DNA from: Acidobacteriota bacterium | Lineage (GTDB): Bacteria > Acidobacteriota > UBA6911 | NCBI GenBank assembly: GCA_963664705.1 | Contig: OY761556.1 | Coordinates: forward strand, 256,001-320,000 | Length of the DNA: 64,000 nucleotides | Direction of reading: 5' to 3' | Shown here: positions 19,598 to 33,451 of the stretch, piece by piece | How positions within the stretch are numbered: position 1 is the first letter of the stretch | Layout of the letters: the number at the start of each line of letters is the position of its first letter | Notes under the pieces: generated by a model | The model's database searches: none | What the model was told of the DNA's origin: nothing | The model's input: the letters and a program-made list of their open reading frames with translations, nothing else | Translations under genes and position numbers: made by a program

Positions 19598-21218
19598 ATC
19601 GAATATCAATGCGAAAGGGCATCAAAAGCAAAATTCCCTGCCTGCCGATCTGTTCCAGAGCGTCAATATATCCCAACGCCGACTGAGCGATCGTGTTCGA
19701 CATCAGCGGCGAGCGCAGGTCCGGCATCAACCTTTCCCAGAATCTTCTGTGACGATAGTAGTGGATGATGCGCGTTCTCTGCGTTTCACGGAGGCCGGCG
19801 AGTCTGCGCGCGCTTTGAATGGCTTCGTGCAGACCGCCGACTTCATCCGCCAGGTTTTGCTCTTTTGCGCGCCTGCCGCTCCAGACGCGGCCCCGCCCTG
19901 CCTTGTCCACCGCGTCTTCGCTCATCTTCCGGCCTTCCGCCACCTTCCTGACGAACTCGTTTTGATAAAAATCGCTGATTTGAGCGTGCAGCCGACGGGC
20001 TTCCTCCTCACTGAGTTCAGAGAACAGGGATTCATAGCCGGCATGGGCTCCGCGCTGAACCGCATCTCTATGGATTGACAGTCGGTTGAGAAGTTCCCGT
20101 GCCGCGATTTTGCCGGCCAGGACTCCGATGGAGCCTGTGATTGAATTCGGTTCGGTAAGGATGTGGGAAGCCGCAGCCGCAATGTAGTATCCGCCTGACG
20201 CCGCGACATTTCCGAAACTGGCGATAATGGGTTTGTTTTTGCTCACCAGCCGCATCTTCCTCCAGATCAGATCGGAGGCAATCCCGGAACCGCCCGGCGA
20301 GTCAATTCGCAGGATGACGGCGCAGACTCTGCGAGCTTTGTCGGCATAGTCCAGAAGAGACTGAATGGTTTCCGATCCCGCCACTTCGCGTCCCGCCTGA
20401 TTCCGATGGCTTTCTCCCGTATCGATCTGTCCCGCTATGTTGATGATGGCGATACGTGGGCGTCTGAAGGTGAATAGTCTTTTGAAAAAGCCATCCTCCT
20501 TGAAATATTTGTCCGCAGCGATGGGAAGCAGCCCCTTGCCCAGTTCAGATTTGATTTTGTCCTGTATCTCATCCTGATAACAGACGCCATCCAGCAGCTT
20601 CTGCCCAAGGGCTTCCCTCGAAGTGAAGGGTCCTCCATCGATGCAGGCTTCAACTTCCTTGCGAGTGAAACCTCTATCCTGAATAGCGCGGCACAGCTCT
20701 TCAAAACTATCGTCCAGCAGAACCTCAAGTTGCTCGCGCGCCGGTGTGGACATGCCGGTTCTGGTAAACATTTCGGCCGCTGATTTGTATTCGCCGATCG
20801 ACTGAATTTCCGCCTTGATACCGAACCTGTCGAGAATATCTTTGAGGTAGAATGCCTCCGCCGAGAGTCCCACCAGTCCCAGGCTTGCGGCCGGTGGCAT
20901 GAAAATGAAATTGCAGGCGCTGGCCAGGTAATATTCCGCATTCCCGCCTTCCTGGAGATGGCAATAGATCGGTTTGCCGCTTTGTCGAAAATGGACGAGG
21001 GCGCGGCGGATATCGCTCAGCCGTGCCCATCCGCAATCCAAGCCTTCCAGGGTAAGAAAGAGTGCCGCAATTTTCCGGTCGGCCGCCGCCTGACGCAACA
21101 GGTTCAGGATATCCAGGAGTGACGTCCTTGCCTTTCGCGAGAAAAAGGAAGACTCCGGGTGTCCCTCGACAATTTCATCCTTGAGCAGCAGTTCCAGGAA
21201 CAGCTTTTTCTTCGCCAT
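19596..21218 (-). CDS. sppA: Signal peptide peptidase SppA, two-domain S49 type
   Basis: YYLASA, GEYKSAAE, RIDSPGGS, AASGGYY, TGSIGV, GRVWSG. Confidence 0.92.
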   Translation of the reverse strand: MAKKKLFLELLLKDEIVEGHPESSFFSRKARTSLLDILNLLRQAAADRKIAALFLTLEGLDCGWARLSDIRRALVHFRQSGKPIYCHLQEGGNAEYYLASACNFIFMPPAASLGLVGLSAEAFYLKDILDRFGIKAEIQSIGEYKSAAEMFTRTGMSTPAREQLEVLLDDSFEELCRAIQDRGFTRKEVEACIDGGPFTSREALGQKLLDGVCYQDEIQDKIKSELGKGLLPIAADKYFKEDGFFKRLFTFRRPRIAIINIAGQIDTGESHRNQAGREVAGSETIQSLLDYADKARRVCAVILRIDSPGGSGIASDLIWRKMRLVSKNKPIIASFGNVAASGGYYIAAAASHILTEPNSITGSIGVLAGKIAARELLNRLSIHRDAVQRGAHAGYESLFSELSEEEARRLHAQISDFYQNEFVRKVAEGRKMSEDAVDKAGRGRVWSGRRAKEQNLADEVGGLHEAIQSARRLAGLRETQRTRIIHYYRHRRFWERLMPDLRSPLMSNTIAQSALGYIDALEQIGRQGILLLMPFRIDIR

Positions 21219-22536
21219 GGAATCCTCTTCGTTCAAACCAAACCATCATCAATGGGCCGCCACGGCGAATTTCATATGCCATGAGCGCGTACATCGGAAT
21301 GTATTCCAGCATCAATACCCACGCCGGTTCGTAAACCGGGTGAAAGGCATACGCGAGATAGGACAGGAAACAGGCTCCGGTCCAATAGGTCATGAACGCG
21401 TAAGGGAATAGCGGAAGGGCAAATGCAGCCCAGCAGATATACCAGGGGTGAGCTGTTGTGGCCAGGCACAGATCTGCCGTCATCAGCCAAAAACCGGCAT
21501 GCAGCAGCTGGCGGACGTCCCGCAAAGGGAATTTCCATGCTATGGCAATCGTGATGGCCACCAGGATGGCCGCCAGGTAAGGGCCTATCTCTTTGTCCCA
21601 CGCTGCATTGAACGCTATGCGTCCGATAAACCGTATGAAGTAATGGATGCTCGCATTGAACTCAAATAGCCGGAAATACAGTTTCAGAGAATTCAGATAG
21701 TGAAGCCATGCCCCGATATCCCGGAAATACAGCAAAACCAGGCCCAGCCCTGTGAGCAGGGAGGGCATGGCCGGTTTCCATCCCCACCGCCGCACATAGA
21801 GAGGAAACCAGAGTGCGGGGTGCAGCTTTCCCATCACCGCACCGGCATAGCTGACCAGTCCCCAGAGAGGTTTTTGCCTGGACAACAGATAGAAGGAAAG
21901 AAGGGCGAAAAACATCATGACGCTGTCCGAGTGCCCCGAGGCGGAGAATTCAAAGACAAAAAAGGGATGCCACGCCATCAGGAGAAGAGGCTGCAGACTT
22001 TGCTTCCACAGAACCAGGAGTCTCCATGCCAGTAACAGTGTTAAGAACTCGAGCAGGCTGAATACTGCCTTCATGGCTGTTACATTCGCACCGAACAGGG
22101 TATAGCTAAATCGAAACAGGATCTGGGATAAAGGCGGGTAAGCCGTGATGTAGGGCTTGGAATTGATCATTGGATAGATCTGACTATCCCGCAATTGCTC
22201 GAGTTCGGGAGCCTGCGGCGCGTAGGCATAAGGGCTTATGCCCATGGCAGCCGTTTTCGCATCCCAGAGGTACCTGTAGACATCCTCGCTCTGATGGGGC
22301 GGTGCCAGCAGAAGAGTGAAGCGAAACAGGAAGGCAAACAGGAGAACAATCCCGATCTCCGCCCCGCTCTTTATGGGCAGGCGGAAGAAGGCCCCGATAC
22401 ATAACAGAAACGCAAGGATTACGAGAGCCAGGAAAGGGCCACTGTTCTGCCGCAGCGGTCCGAGGGAGCATACCCCAATCCAGAGGCCCTCAAGTACGAG
22501 CCCCACCAAACTAAGCCATACCAACCGTTTGATCAT
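21175..22536 (-). CDS. Polytopic GT-C/GT87-like membrane glycosyltransferase
   Basis: ~11 TM segments, SEDVYRYLWD, YPPLSQ, GHSD, HPWY motifs. Confidence 0.7.
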   Translation of the reverse strand: MIKRLVWLSLVGLVLEGLWIGVCSLGPLRQNSGPFLALVILAFLLCIGAFFRLPIKSGAEIGIVLLFAFLFRFTLLLAPPHQSEDVYRYLWDAKTAAMGISPYAYAPQAPELEQLRDSQIYPMINSKPYITAYPPLSQILFRFSYTLFGANVTAMKAVFSLLEFLTLLLAWRLLVLWKQSLQPLLLMAWHPFFVFEFSASGHSDSVMMFFALLSFYLLSRQKPLWGLVSYAGAVMGKLHPALWFPLYVRRWGWKPAMPSLLTGLGLVLLYFRDIGAWLHYLNSLKLYFRLFEFNASIHYFIRFIGRIAFNAAWDKEIGPYLAAILVAITIAIAWKFPLRDVRQLLHAGFWLMTADLCLATTAHPWYICWAAFALPLFPYAFMTYWTGACFLSYLAYAFHPVYEPAWVLMLEYIPMYALMAYEIRRGGPLMMVWFERRGFHGEEKAVPGTAAQG

Positions 22537-22581
22537 TAGGACACTATATCAGGAGTTGCGGGATGCCGGTTATAAGTTCGC

Positions 22582-22616
22582 GAATCCGGAATCCTAAATC
22601 AGAAATCTGAAATCAC
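22582..22616. repeat. Degenerate heptamer tandem repeat
   Basis: GAATCCG GAATCCT AAATCAG AAATCTG AAATCAC. Confidence 0.7.
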
Positions 22617-22672
22617 GCGATCTGGCAACGTCTCTTAATCCTTTGATAATTTTGGGTATACGGCCTTTAGCC

Positions 22673-22701
22673 TTGACGGGAATCCGGCCCTGTGATAGTT
22701 T
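22673..22701 (+). promoter_or_regulatory. Sigma70-type promoter of the atp operon
   Basis: TTGACG-N17-TAGTTT with extended TG. Confidence 0.55.
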
Positions 22702-22761
22702 GACCCCTCTTGGGGGAGGCTTGTCTGCACTACCCCTTTATCAAATGGACTAGGATGACAG

Positions 22762-23205
22762 ATGGTTAGTTTGGATGGGTCGATAGTTCCGGCGATAATT
22801 ATTTTCCTGCTGCTGATTGTTGCTCTCAATCAGCTTCTGTTCAAGCCTCTCCAGAAGATACAGGCGGAGCGAGAGAGTCGTACTTCGGGGCTCATGAGCG
22901 AAGCTCAGGCCCGGATGGGCCATCAGCTGGACCTGATGAATGAATACCAGGCGACCTTGAAGACTGCCCGAATGGAAGCCTACCGTCAGCAGGATCAGCT
23001 GCGGAATGAAGCGATGAAGAAGCGCGCCGAGGTGCTCGCGAAAGCAAGAACCGCAGGAGAGCAGATGATTCAGGATTCCCGTGTCTCCATTCTCACCGAG
23101 GTGGAAGCTGCGAAGCGGCAATTGAATCAGGAAGCGCAGGAATTGGCACGAGGGATTACTTCGGCGATTCTTGGAAGGTCCGCACTGGATGCAGACTTCA
23201 CTTAG
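22762..23205 (+). CDS. ATP synthase F0 subunit b'
   Basis: N-terminal TM, LNQLLFKPL..I..ER, coiled coil; first gene of the atp cluster. Confidence 0.88.
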   Translation: MVSLDGSIVPAIIIFLLLIVALNQLLFKPLQKIQAERESRTSGLMSEAQARMGHQLDLMNEYQATLKTARMEAYRQQDQLRNEAMKKRAEVLAKARTAGEQMIQDSRVSILTEVEAAKRQLNQEAQELARGITSAILGRSALDADFT

Positions 23206-23268
23206 ACTCGAGTGGTTTTCTTTTCAATCTAGTTATTTTGATTTACCGTTTTTCCAGGTGAGCGTTAC

Positions 23269-23850
23269 ATGAACACTCTAAGAGCCCGGATTTTCTTTCC
23301 TGTCCTGTCGCTGGTTGCGGGGATCGTCGTTCTATCGGACGTTGCCTTTGCCGCAGAAGAAGGGGGAAAGTGGGGAGTCTGGCTTGAAGTAGGCAAGGTT
23401 TTCAACCTCCTCCTGGTTGTTGCGGTGCTTGTGTGGGCCGCGCGCAAGCCGCTGTCGAATTTTTTTGCAAGCAGAAGCCAGGCTATACGGGACCAGCTTG
23501 CGGAAGCTCAGCGTGCGCATATTGAAGCCGAGACAAAACTGACGGAAATGGAATCGCGCATGAGCCGCCTGGACGATGAAATCCGGGAAATCAAGGCTGC
23601 CGCCGAAAAGGAATCGAAGGAAGAGTACGAGCGATTGCTGGCTGCCGCCGAGCAGGACGCCGAAAAGATTGTGGAGCGTTCCCGTCAGGAGATTGAAGGG
23701 CTTACGCGCTCTGCCCAGAAGGAGCTCAAGCTCCATGTTGCGGAGCTTTCGGTGCGAATGGCGGAGGAAAAAATTCGCGGTGAAATAACCGATGCGGACC
23801 GCGGGCGGATTTTTTCCCAGTTCGTGACGAAGTTGGGAGGTAACGAGTGA
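23269..23850 (+). CDS. atpF: ATP synthase F0 subunit b
   Basis: TM, KPLSNFFASRSQAI, coiled coil. Confidence 0.9.
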   Translation: MNTLRARIFFPVLSLVAGIVVLSDVAFAAEEGGKWGVWLEVGKVFNLLLVVAVLVWAARKPLSNFFASRSQAIRDQLAEAQRAHIEAETKLTEMESRMSRLDDEIREIKAAAEKESKEEYERLLAAAEQDAEKIVERSRQEIEGLTRSAQKELKLHVAELSVRMAEEKIRGEITDADRGRIFSQFVTKLGGNE

Positions 23851-24389
23851 TATCCTCTGCAGTTCTCGGGCGCTATGCCAGGTCATTGGCGGAAGTAGTA
23901 TTCGAGGAAAATATCGAGCCGAAGGTGACCGAGGATCTTGTGACCTATAGCGAGATCTTCCGTGCGGTTCCGGATCTTCTGGATGTTTTTCACAGCCCGG
24001 CTGTGCCGCGCGAATCCAAGGAGAAGATCCTGGGTGCGCTTATCGCGCGCTATCCGGTATCTCAGGTTACGGCCAATTTTCTGCGAATTCTTCTTCAGCA
24101 CAATCGCATCCGCTTCTTTGAGCAGATCCGGAACCACTATTTGAAATCCGTCAACGAGAACAAGGGGATCGTTGCCGCACAGGTAACGGCCGCCGCGCCT
24201 CTTTCAGAAAATGCTGTCAAGAGCCTGGAGGCGCAGTTGGGGAAGATAACCGGAAAACGCGTCAACGTGGAGCTGAAGACGGACGATGCTCTCCTGGGCG
24301 GAATTGTTGTTCAGCTGGGCAGCACGATATTTGATGGATCCATTCGAACGCAACTGGCGGAAATGAAGCGGCGTCTTGCAGAGGCGTAG
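23847..24389 (+). CDS. atpH: ATP synthase delta subunit
   Basis: RYARSL, LLGGIVVQLGSTIFDGSIR. Confidence 0.95.
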   Translation: MISSAVLGRYARSLAEVVFEENIEPKVTEDLVTYSEIFRAVPDLLDVFHSPAVPRESKEKILGALIARYPVSQVTANFLRILLQHNRIRFFEQIRNHYLKSVNENKGIVAAQVTAAAPLSENAVKSLEAQLGKITGKRVNVELKTDDALLGGIVVQLGSTIFDGSIRTQLAEMKRRLAEA

Positions 24390-24440
24390 AAGATTCCAAA
24401 TTCGGGACTCAAGATCGGTTTTCTCGAAGCCGGATTTTGA

Positions 24441-26000
<1,560 letters not shown>

Positions 26001-26021
26001 GGATCTGTCGACGGGTAAATT

Positions 26022-26872
26022 ATGCCGAATGTACGCGACATCAGGCGGCGCATCCGCAGCGCCAAGAATATCCAGCAGATAACGCGAGCGATGAAGTTCG
26101 TCTCGGCAGCCCGGTTACGCCGGGCGCAGGACCGCGTCATTGCGGCGCGTCCCTATGCCCGACAGATGGTGGCGGTCCTCAACAGTCTCGCGACCCGCGT
26201 TCCCGAAAGCGCGCATCCGCTATTGGCGAGACGCGGAGACGAAAAGATTGAGCTGGTGGTTATTACGGCGGACCGCGGATTGTGCGCCGCATACAATACC
26301 AATATCATCAGAAAGACGCTTGAATTTCTGAACGAGCATTCCGACCGGAAGGTGGAACTGAACATACTGGGCAAGCGCGCCAGGGATTTTTTCCGACGGC
26401 GGCCCTATCCGGTTCGGCATGAAGCCATCAATGTTCTGCAGAAGCCGACCTTTGCGGATGCAGCCGCAATTGCAAAGGATCTTATTGAGGAGTTTTCCTC
26501 CGGCGAGAAGGATCAGGTCTGGATCATTTACAACGAATTCAAATCGGTTGTCCAACAGCGCGTGGTGGTTGAGCCTCTGCTGCCGATCTCGAGACTTGAA
26601 CATGTCGATGATGCCGGCAAGCTGGACTACCTCTACGATGAGCCGCCTGAAAAGATACTTTCGAACCTGCTTCCGCGGCATGTGGAAGCGCAGATATTCC
26701 GGGCGTTGCTCGAAGCCTCCGCTTCCGAGCACGGGGCCCGCATGTCTGCTATGGAAGCGGCAACCAATAACGCGGCGGAAATGATAGACGGACTCACCCT
26801 GTACGCGAACAAGGTGCGCCAGGCTGGTATTACTAAGGAATTGATTGAAGTCGTCAGCGGAGCCATCTCTAC

Positions 26873-26879
<7 letters not shown>
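26022..26879 (+). CDS. atpG: ATP synthase gamma subunit
   Basis: ITRAMKFVSAA, DRGLC, RQAGITKELIE. Confidence 0.98.
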
Positions 26880-28387
<1,508 letters not shown>

Positions 28388-28392
28388 CGGAT

Positions 28393-28471
28393 AGAATCCC
28401 GGATTTCAGATTTTGAGCTATTTTGAGTCAGTCCTCTGAAATCCGGAATCTTTAATCTGGAATCTGGAATC
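28393..28471. repeat. Heptamer-based inverted repeat in the atpD-atpC spacer
   Basis: Perfect 12-bp IR CCGGATTTCAGA (28399-28410) / TCTGAAATCCGG (28435-28446) followed by AATCTGG-type units. Confidence 0.75.
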
Positions 28472-28476
28472 TTCCT

Positions 28477-28899
28477 ATGGCACTACCGGAAAAGATCCAT
28501 CTCGAAGTTGTCACGCCCGAAAAGCAGCTTTTCAGCGGAGCGGTTGATTCGGTCACTGTTCCATCCACGCAAGGATACCTTGGAATCCTTCCGGGCCATG
28601 CTCCCCTGCTGGCGGAATTGGGAATCGGCGAGATCAGTTATAAGATTGGTGATCGAACCGAGTATCTTTTCTCCTCCTGGGGGTTCGTTGAAGTGCTTCC
28701 GGACCGCGTAGTGCTTCTTGCCCAGACGGCGGAAGCCGCATCGGATATCGATATCAAACGCGCGGAAGAGGCGAAGATGCGGGCAGAGAAATATCTGGCC
28801 TCCAAGGATCCCGGCATTGATTTTCAGCGTGCCGAGATGGCAATGCTGCGCGCCATATCCCGCCTGAACGCGGTCAAACACCGCGCAGCAAAACACTAG
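28477..28899 (+). CDS. atpC: ATP synthase epsilon subunit
   Basis: LEVVTPE, GILPGHAP, DIDIKRAEEA. Confidence 0.97.
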   Translation: MALPEKIHLEVVTPEKQLFSGAVDSVTVPSTQGYLGILPGHAPLLAELGIGEISYKIGDRTEYLFSSWGFVEVLPDRVVLLAQTAEAASDIDIKRAEEAKMRAEKYLASKDPGIDFQRAEMAMLRAISRLNAVKHRAAKH

Positions 28900-28920
28900 G
28901 CATCCATTATTTTCGGCAAT

Positions 28921-28959
28921 AAAAAAGGCCCTTGATGCTTTCAGCGTCAAGGGCCTTTT
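28921..28959. terminator. Bidirectional intrinsic terminator
   Basis: AAAAAAGGCCCTTGATGCT-ttc-AGCGTCAAGGGCCTTTT between convergent genes. Confidence 0.9.
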
Positions 28960-28984
28960 GAATTCAGGACTGAAGACTGTCAGC

Positions 28985-30034
28985 CTATTTTTCGAGCTGC
29001 AGCTCTTCCTTTGCCTTGTTGTACTTCTTTTCTATACCGATGGTTGTGTTATTGTGCAGCGCTTTGTACAGCTGCTCGGCTCTTGCTTTTGCCTTTGCCG
29101 CGATATCTCCGCCCTGCAGTTCAGCTTTGATGTAGGAGATGATCGCATCTTCTACTTTGTCCTGACCCAATCTTTCCTGGCACTGGCCGATGTAATAATA
29201 GCCTTCGCCGTATTTCTCCGCCTTCAGAGCTTTTTTGAAGGACTCGATTGCATCCAGGAACTTGTCCTTTTCCATCTGGTCCATTGCAATGATGTGATGG
29301 CAGGCACGGCGAGTCTTCCTCAACTGTTCCTGCGTGTCCGCATCCGGGTTCTTTACCAGATCCGTAGATTTCAGCGTGAGCTGTGCAAATTCGGCGGCTT
29401 TGGGCAGGTTGTTGGCTTCCGAGTATTTCTTCACGAAATAGCTGCGCGTCGTAAAATCGGCATCGAATTCGGGCAATTTGGCCAGCTTGTCGAACCACTC
29501 CAGCTGCTTGGCCAGGTTGTTTATCTTCTGATAGCTGGTGAATATTTCCTTTGCCAGAGTCGGGGAAGGCTGCATCTTGTAGATTTCTTCCATGCATTCG
29601 GCGCAACGTTCGTACTTCTGCAGATTGTTGGCGGCTTCGGCAACAAAGGCCAGGGTGCGTACATCGTTCGGGTGGATTTTGAGCCATTTTTCGGAAAGGA
29701 TTTCGAGTATTTCGTATTTCTTTCCCTGAGAGCACTCCCGCAAAAGGCCATCATAGGCAGAATTGATGTGCGGCATTAGAGCGGACTTCGGATATTTCTG
29801 AATGAACTCAAGCAGCATGGTTCCGCGCTTTGCCAGATCCGGTTCTTTGGCGGCCGCCTCATAGGCGCCGTATTCAACATCGTCGTAAGGTGTTTCTTCG
29901 TCCTGCGATTGTGCGGTAGTGGCCGCCTTTGCCTGTTGTTCATCCGCAAATGCCCGGCTGGTTGCCGCACCGGCGAAAAGAAATACAGCCGATCCCAGCA
30001 TTGCCGCAAGGAACCATTTAGAATAGCCTTTCAT
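28985..30034 (-). CDS. Exported TPR-like helical repeat protein
   Basis: Signal peptide, FIQKYPKS, TPR-like AIESFKKAL...YYYIGQC. Confidence 0.7.
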   Translation of the reverse strand: MKGYSKWFLAAMLGSAVFLFAGAATSRAFADEQQAKAATTAQSQDEETPYDDVEYGAYEAAAKEPDLAKRGTMLLEFIQKYPKSALMPHINSAYDGLLRECSQGKKYEILEILSEKWLKIHPNDVRTLAFVAEAANNLQKYERCAECMEEIYKMQPSPTLAKEIFTSYQKINNLAKQLEWFDKLAKLPEFDADFTTRSYFVKKYSEANNLPKAAEFAQLTLKSTDLVKNPDADTQEQLRKTRRACHHIIAMDQMEKDKFLDAIESFKKALKAEKYGEGYYYIGQCQERLGQDKVEDAIISYIKAELQGGDIAAKAKARAEQLYKALHNNTTIGIEKKYNKAKEELQLEK

Positions 30035-30491
30035 GGATAATCGATCCCCTTTCCTGATTCGCTAGTTTAGCGAATTTTAAGGATTGCCCTAACGTAAATC
30101 AATTACAATAGTAAAGCACGAGACCTGACTGCTGCTTATCCGTTTACCTATCCGCTTTCACCCTGATTGATGAGCCTGAATACCAATAGTTGCGATTTTT
30201 TTGAGCTCGGTTCGCAGATTGCCTCTTCGTGGCACCTGTTGAAAATAAGCAACTTTCAGGGAGCGGTGCTATTTAACCATACACCGCATTAAAGGTCGAC
30301 ATAAATTCTCGGACGCGCTTCCGGCTTGTCAACGCGGGGTTTAGGGGGCCATGCTGCCCTGAAAACCGTCCTTCTTATTGGATGCCTTTCCGTTCTTTTT
30401 GTTCCCATGATGTCCGGCATCAGGGGGTTTCGCCCGGGAATGTGCTAAAATAGAAACTTTTATTGGAAGATACACACGGTTAGGAAGATTT

Positions 30492-32231
30492 ATGGAAAGC
30501 CCTGATAAGAATAGCTGCAACAACGCCCTGCCTGACAAAGAGGATACCGGGCTCAGCACTCCGCTGGATTTTGTGCGCACCATCGTGACTGAGGACTTGA
30601 AAGCCAATAAGAATGAGGGGCGTGTGGCTACGCGATTCCCTCCCGAGCCGAATGGTTATCTGCATATTGGTCATGCAAAAGCGATCTGCCTGGATTTTGG
30701 CATCGCCTCCGAATTTGGAGGGACCTGCAACCTGCGTTTCGATGATACGAATCCCACAAAAGAAGACGTGGAGTACGTGGATGCCATTCAGGAGGATGTG
30801 CGCTGGCTGGGCTTCAGTTGGGAAAACCGCTGCTACTACGCCTCGGATTATTTTGAAAAACTATATGCCGATGCAGTCCAGCTGATTGAGGCGGGAAAGG
30901 CTTATGTTGATGAGTTGAGCGCGGATGAAATCAGGGCATACCGTGGGACTCTGACGGAGCCGGGTAAAGAATCGCCCTATCGGAATCGGCCGATACCGGA
31001 AAACCTCGATCTCTTCCGCCGGATGCGGGCGGGGGAGTTTGAAGACGGGAAACTGGTGTTGCGCGCCAGGATTGATATGACTTCACCCAATCTGAATATG
31101 CGGGATCCGACCCTCTATCGTATCCGTCGAGCGACCCACCACAGGACGGGCGATCAATGGTGCATTTACCCGATGTATGATTTTGCGCATTCACTTTCAG
31201 ACGCCTTGGAAGGGATTACGCATTCCTTCTGTACACTGGAATTTGAAGATCATCGGCCTTTGTATGACTGGTTTCAGGAAGCGCTGCAGCTTCCATTCCG
31301 ATCCCGGCAGATCGAATTTGCCCGCCTCAATATCAATTACACGGTTATGAGCAAGCGGAAGCTGCTCCAATTGGTCCAGGAAGGGCTGGTAAAGGGTTGG
31401 GATGATCCGCGGATGCCTACGATCTGCGGATTGCGCCGTCGCGGGTACACTCCGGAGTCTATCCGCGGCTTCTGCGAGCGTGTGGGCGTCGCCAAACGAG
31501 ACAACGTGGTGGACGCAGCGCTGCTAGAACATTCTTTGAGGGAAGATCTCAACACAAAAGCGCTCCGAACCATGGCAGTGCTGAATCCTTTGCGCCTGGT
31601 AATCGACAATTATCCGGCCGACCGTGTGGAGGAACTCGACGCGGTGAACAATCCGGAGGATCCATCCGCCGGGACTCGAAAAGTGCCGTTTTCGCGTGAA
31701 CTCTATATCGAGCGGGAGGATTTCATGGAGGATCCTCCGAAAAAGTTTTTCCGGATGGCACCGGGTCGAACAGTGCGGTTGAGGTATGGGTATTTGGTTA
31801 CCTGTGTCGATGTCGTGAAAAATGACAAAGGGGACGTTGTCGAGGTTCATTGTACCTACGACCCGGACTCGCTGACGGGTAATCCCGAAAATGCGCCAAA
31901 AGTGAAAGCTACAATTCACTGGGTCTCGGCTCCGCATTCTCATTCGGCGGAAGTCCGGCTCTATGACCGGCTGTTTTCGGTCGAAAATCCGAGCGATGAA
32001 AAGGATGGGCTTGATTTTAAGGCTTACCTGAATTCCAACTCACTCGAAGTCAATCGTTCCTGTCGGGTGGAACCGGCGCTTGCGGATGCACAGCCCGGCG
32101 GCCGCTATCAATTTGAAAGGCTCGGCTATTTCTGCGTGGATCCGGATTCCAAACCAGGGTCGCTGGTGTTTAACCGCACGGTTACCCTGCGGGATGCCTG
32201 GGCAAAAATAGTAAAGAGCGGGAAACAGTAA
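30492..32231 (+). CDS. glnS: Glutamine--tRNA ligase
   Basis: [39 protein letters not shown]. Confidence 0.98.
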   Translation: MESPDKNSCNNALPDKEDTGLSTPLDFVRTIVTEDLKANKNEGRVATRFPPEPNGYLHIGHAKAICLDFGIASEFGGTCNLRFDDTNPTKEDVEYVDAIQEDVRWLGFSWENRCYYASDYFEKLYADAVQLIEAGKAYVDELSADEIRAYRGTLTEPGKESPYRNRPIPENLDLFRRMRAGEFEDGKLVLRARIDMTSPNLNMRDPTLYRIRRATHHRTGDQWCIYPMYDFAHSLSDALEGITHSFCTLEFEDHRPLYDWFQEALQLPFRSRQIEFARLNINYTVMSKRKLLQLVQEGLVKGWDDPRMPTICGLRRRGYTPESIRGFCERVGVAKRDNVVDAALLEHSLREDLNTKALRTMAVLNPLRLVIDNYPADRVEELDAVNNPEDPSAGTRKVPFSRELYIEREDFMEDPPKKFFRMAPGRTVRLRYGYLVTCVDVVKNDKGDVVEVHCTYDPDSLTGNPENAPKVKATIHWVSAPHSHSAEVRLYDRLFSVENPSDEKDGLDFKAYLNSNSLEVNRSCRVEPALADAQPGGRYQFERLGYFCVDPDSKPGSLVFNRTVTLRDAWAKIVKSGKQ

Positions 32232-32249
32232 AGACTCACCTATTTAGAC

Positions 32250-32278
32250 TTGAAGTTAAGTACGGGTTTTTCTACAAT
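32250..32278 (+). promoter_or_regulatory. Sigma70 promoter of tRNA-Gln
   Basis: TTGAAG-N17-TACAAT, 11 nt before the tRNA. Confidence 0.7.
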
Positions 32279-32289
32279 GACCCGAGCGC

Positions 32290-32363
32290 TGGGAGATCGT
32301 CTAATGGTAAGACGGGTGGCTCTGGACCATCTGATCGGGGTTCGAATCCCTGTCTCCCAGCCA
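32290..32363 (+). tRNA. tRNA-Gln (anticodon CTG)
   Basis: Cloverleaf: TGGGAGA/TCTCCCA acceptor, GTCT/AGAC D stem, GGTGG-CTCTGGA-CCATC anticodon arm, TTCGAAT T loop, encoded CCA. Confidence 0.97.
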
Positions 32364-32580
32364 AAGTTTTTTTCTGCTTAATCCTCAATCACTTACAGCC
32401 GCTATTTTTGCTTGATGTCCACAATTTCTGCTCGACGAATGTAAATTCTTCGCTGATCCCGCAATAAGTTGCATAGTGAGGGTTGATTCAGACGATTGCC
32501 TATCCAACATGATTCAGGTTCCCGACGCGCCTTTACCGGCGGCGGAGGTTGCAGTCGTTTCCTATGTCCGGTTGCGCGAC
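32344..32580 (+). repeat. Direct repeat copy 1 (last 20 nt of tRNA-Gln plus ~217 nt downstream)
   Basis: Matches 35509-35746 with 4 substitutions and one 1-nt indel by manual alignment. Confidence 0.95.
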
Positions 32581-32780
32581 AATTCATCCAAGTGACTAAT
32601 CGATAGAAGGGTAATCTGGCAGGATGCTGAAGCTTTGCGCTTTGGACTCCATTCCGGGCAAAAGATAATTCCTTCAACCAACTGAAACAAAACCGAAGGG
32701 AAATAAGAAGTTGGGATTATCCGTTCGTAGTCTGATTTCTTGCAGTTTTGCGGAAACTGCATCGAAAAGTTATGATGCAC

Positions 32781-32805
32781 TGTAACCTTTTTCCTTCCTC
32801 GCGAC
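32781..32805 (+). promoter_or_regulatory. Candidate autoregulatory ECF promoter, near-leaderless transcript
   Basis: TGTAAC-N15-CGAC ending 10 nt before ATG 32816; no SD sequence. Confidence 0.5.
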
Positions 32806-32815
32806 ATTATTAGTC

Positions 32816-33451
32816 ATGATGGATAGAACAACCGCTCAATCCGAGCCGGAAATCGATTATCGTCGGCTGCGCCTGCGAGATAATGAAGAGGTTGTTCGCT
32901 GGTTTGACGCCTATTCCGATCCGGTTTACGGCTTCATCTTCTACCGCGTAGGACGGGATGCCGATTGGGCCAGCGACGTAGCCCAGGATACCTTTGTTAC
33001 AGCACTGGACACCATCGATCGATTTGACCCGCGCCGTGGCGAGATGTTTTCCTGGCTGACTCACATCGCCCGCAATTGCATCAGGAAGTCCCTGCGCAGA
33101 AAAAGCAGGGACAGCGCTCTGCCCGACTTCTGGAATACCGTCGATCATCAACTCAATAAAGCTCTAATCGATCTGAATTCGAGCATTCTGCCCGAGCAGC
33201 TACTAGAGAAGAAAGAGACAGCCGAGCTGGTACGCATGGCTCTGACCAATCTGCCGTTGCGCTATCAGGCGACTCTGCGCAGGCGCTACTTTGAGGACAT
33301 GTCGCTCCAGGAGATGGCCGCGTTTGAAGGGAGCAGCGAAGCGACGATGAAAGTGCTGCTCCACCGCGCCCGGCAGGCCTTTCGCACGGCATTTGAAACC
33401 ATCTCCGGCGCTTTATTCGAAGTGGAAGCAAGAGGGAGGAAGATTCCATGA
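32816..33451 (+). CDS. ECF RNA polymerase sigma factor
   Basis: Region 2 DVAQDTF...WLTHIARN; region 4 LTNLPLRYQ...SLQEMA...KVLLHRAR. Confidence 0.93.
   Translation: MMDRTTAQSEPEIDYRRLRLRDNEEVVRWFDAYSDPVYGFIFYRVGRDADWASDVAQDTFVTALDTIDRFDPRRGEMFSWLTHIARNCIRKSLRRKSRDSALPDFWNTVDHQLNKALIDLNSSILPEQLLEKKETAELVRMALTNLPLRYQATLRRRYFEDMSLQEMAAFEGSSEATMKVLLHRARQAFRTAFETISGALFEVEARGRKIP

Noticed and set aside
30035-30491. T-box or riboswitch upstream of glnS
   Set aside because: No T-box consensus or terminator recognised; divergent promoter region
32402-32677. 91-aa minus-strand ORF overlapping repeat copy 1
   Set aside because: No integrase or other motif; the 1-nt indel in copy 2 breaks the frame
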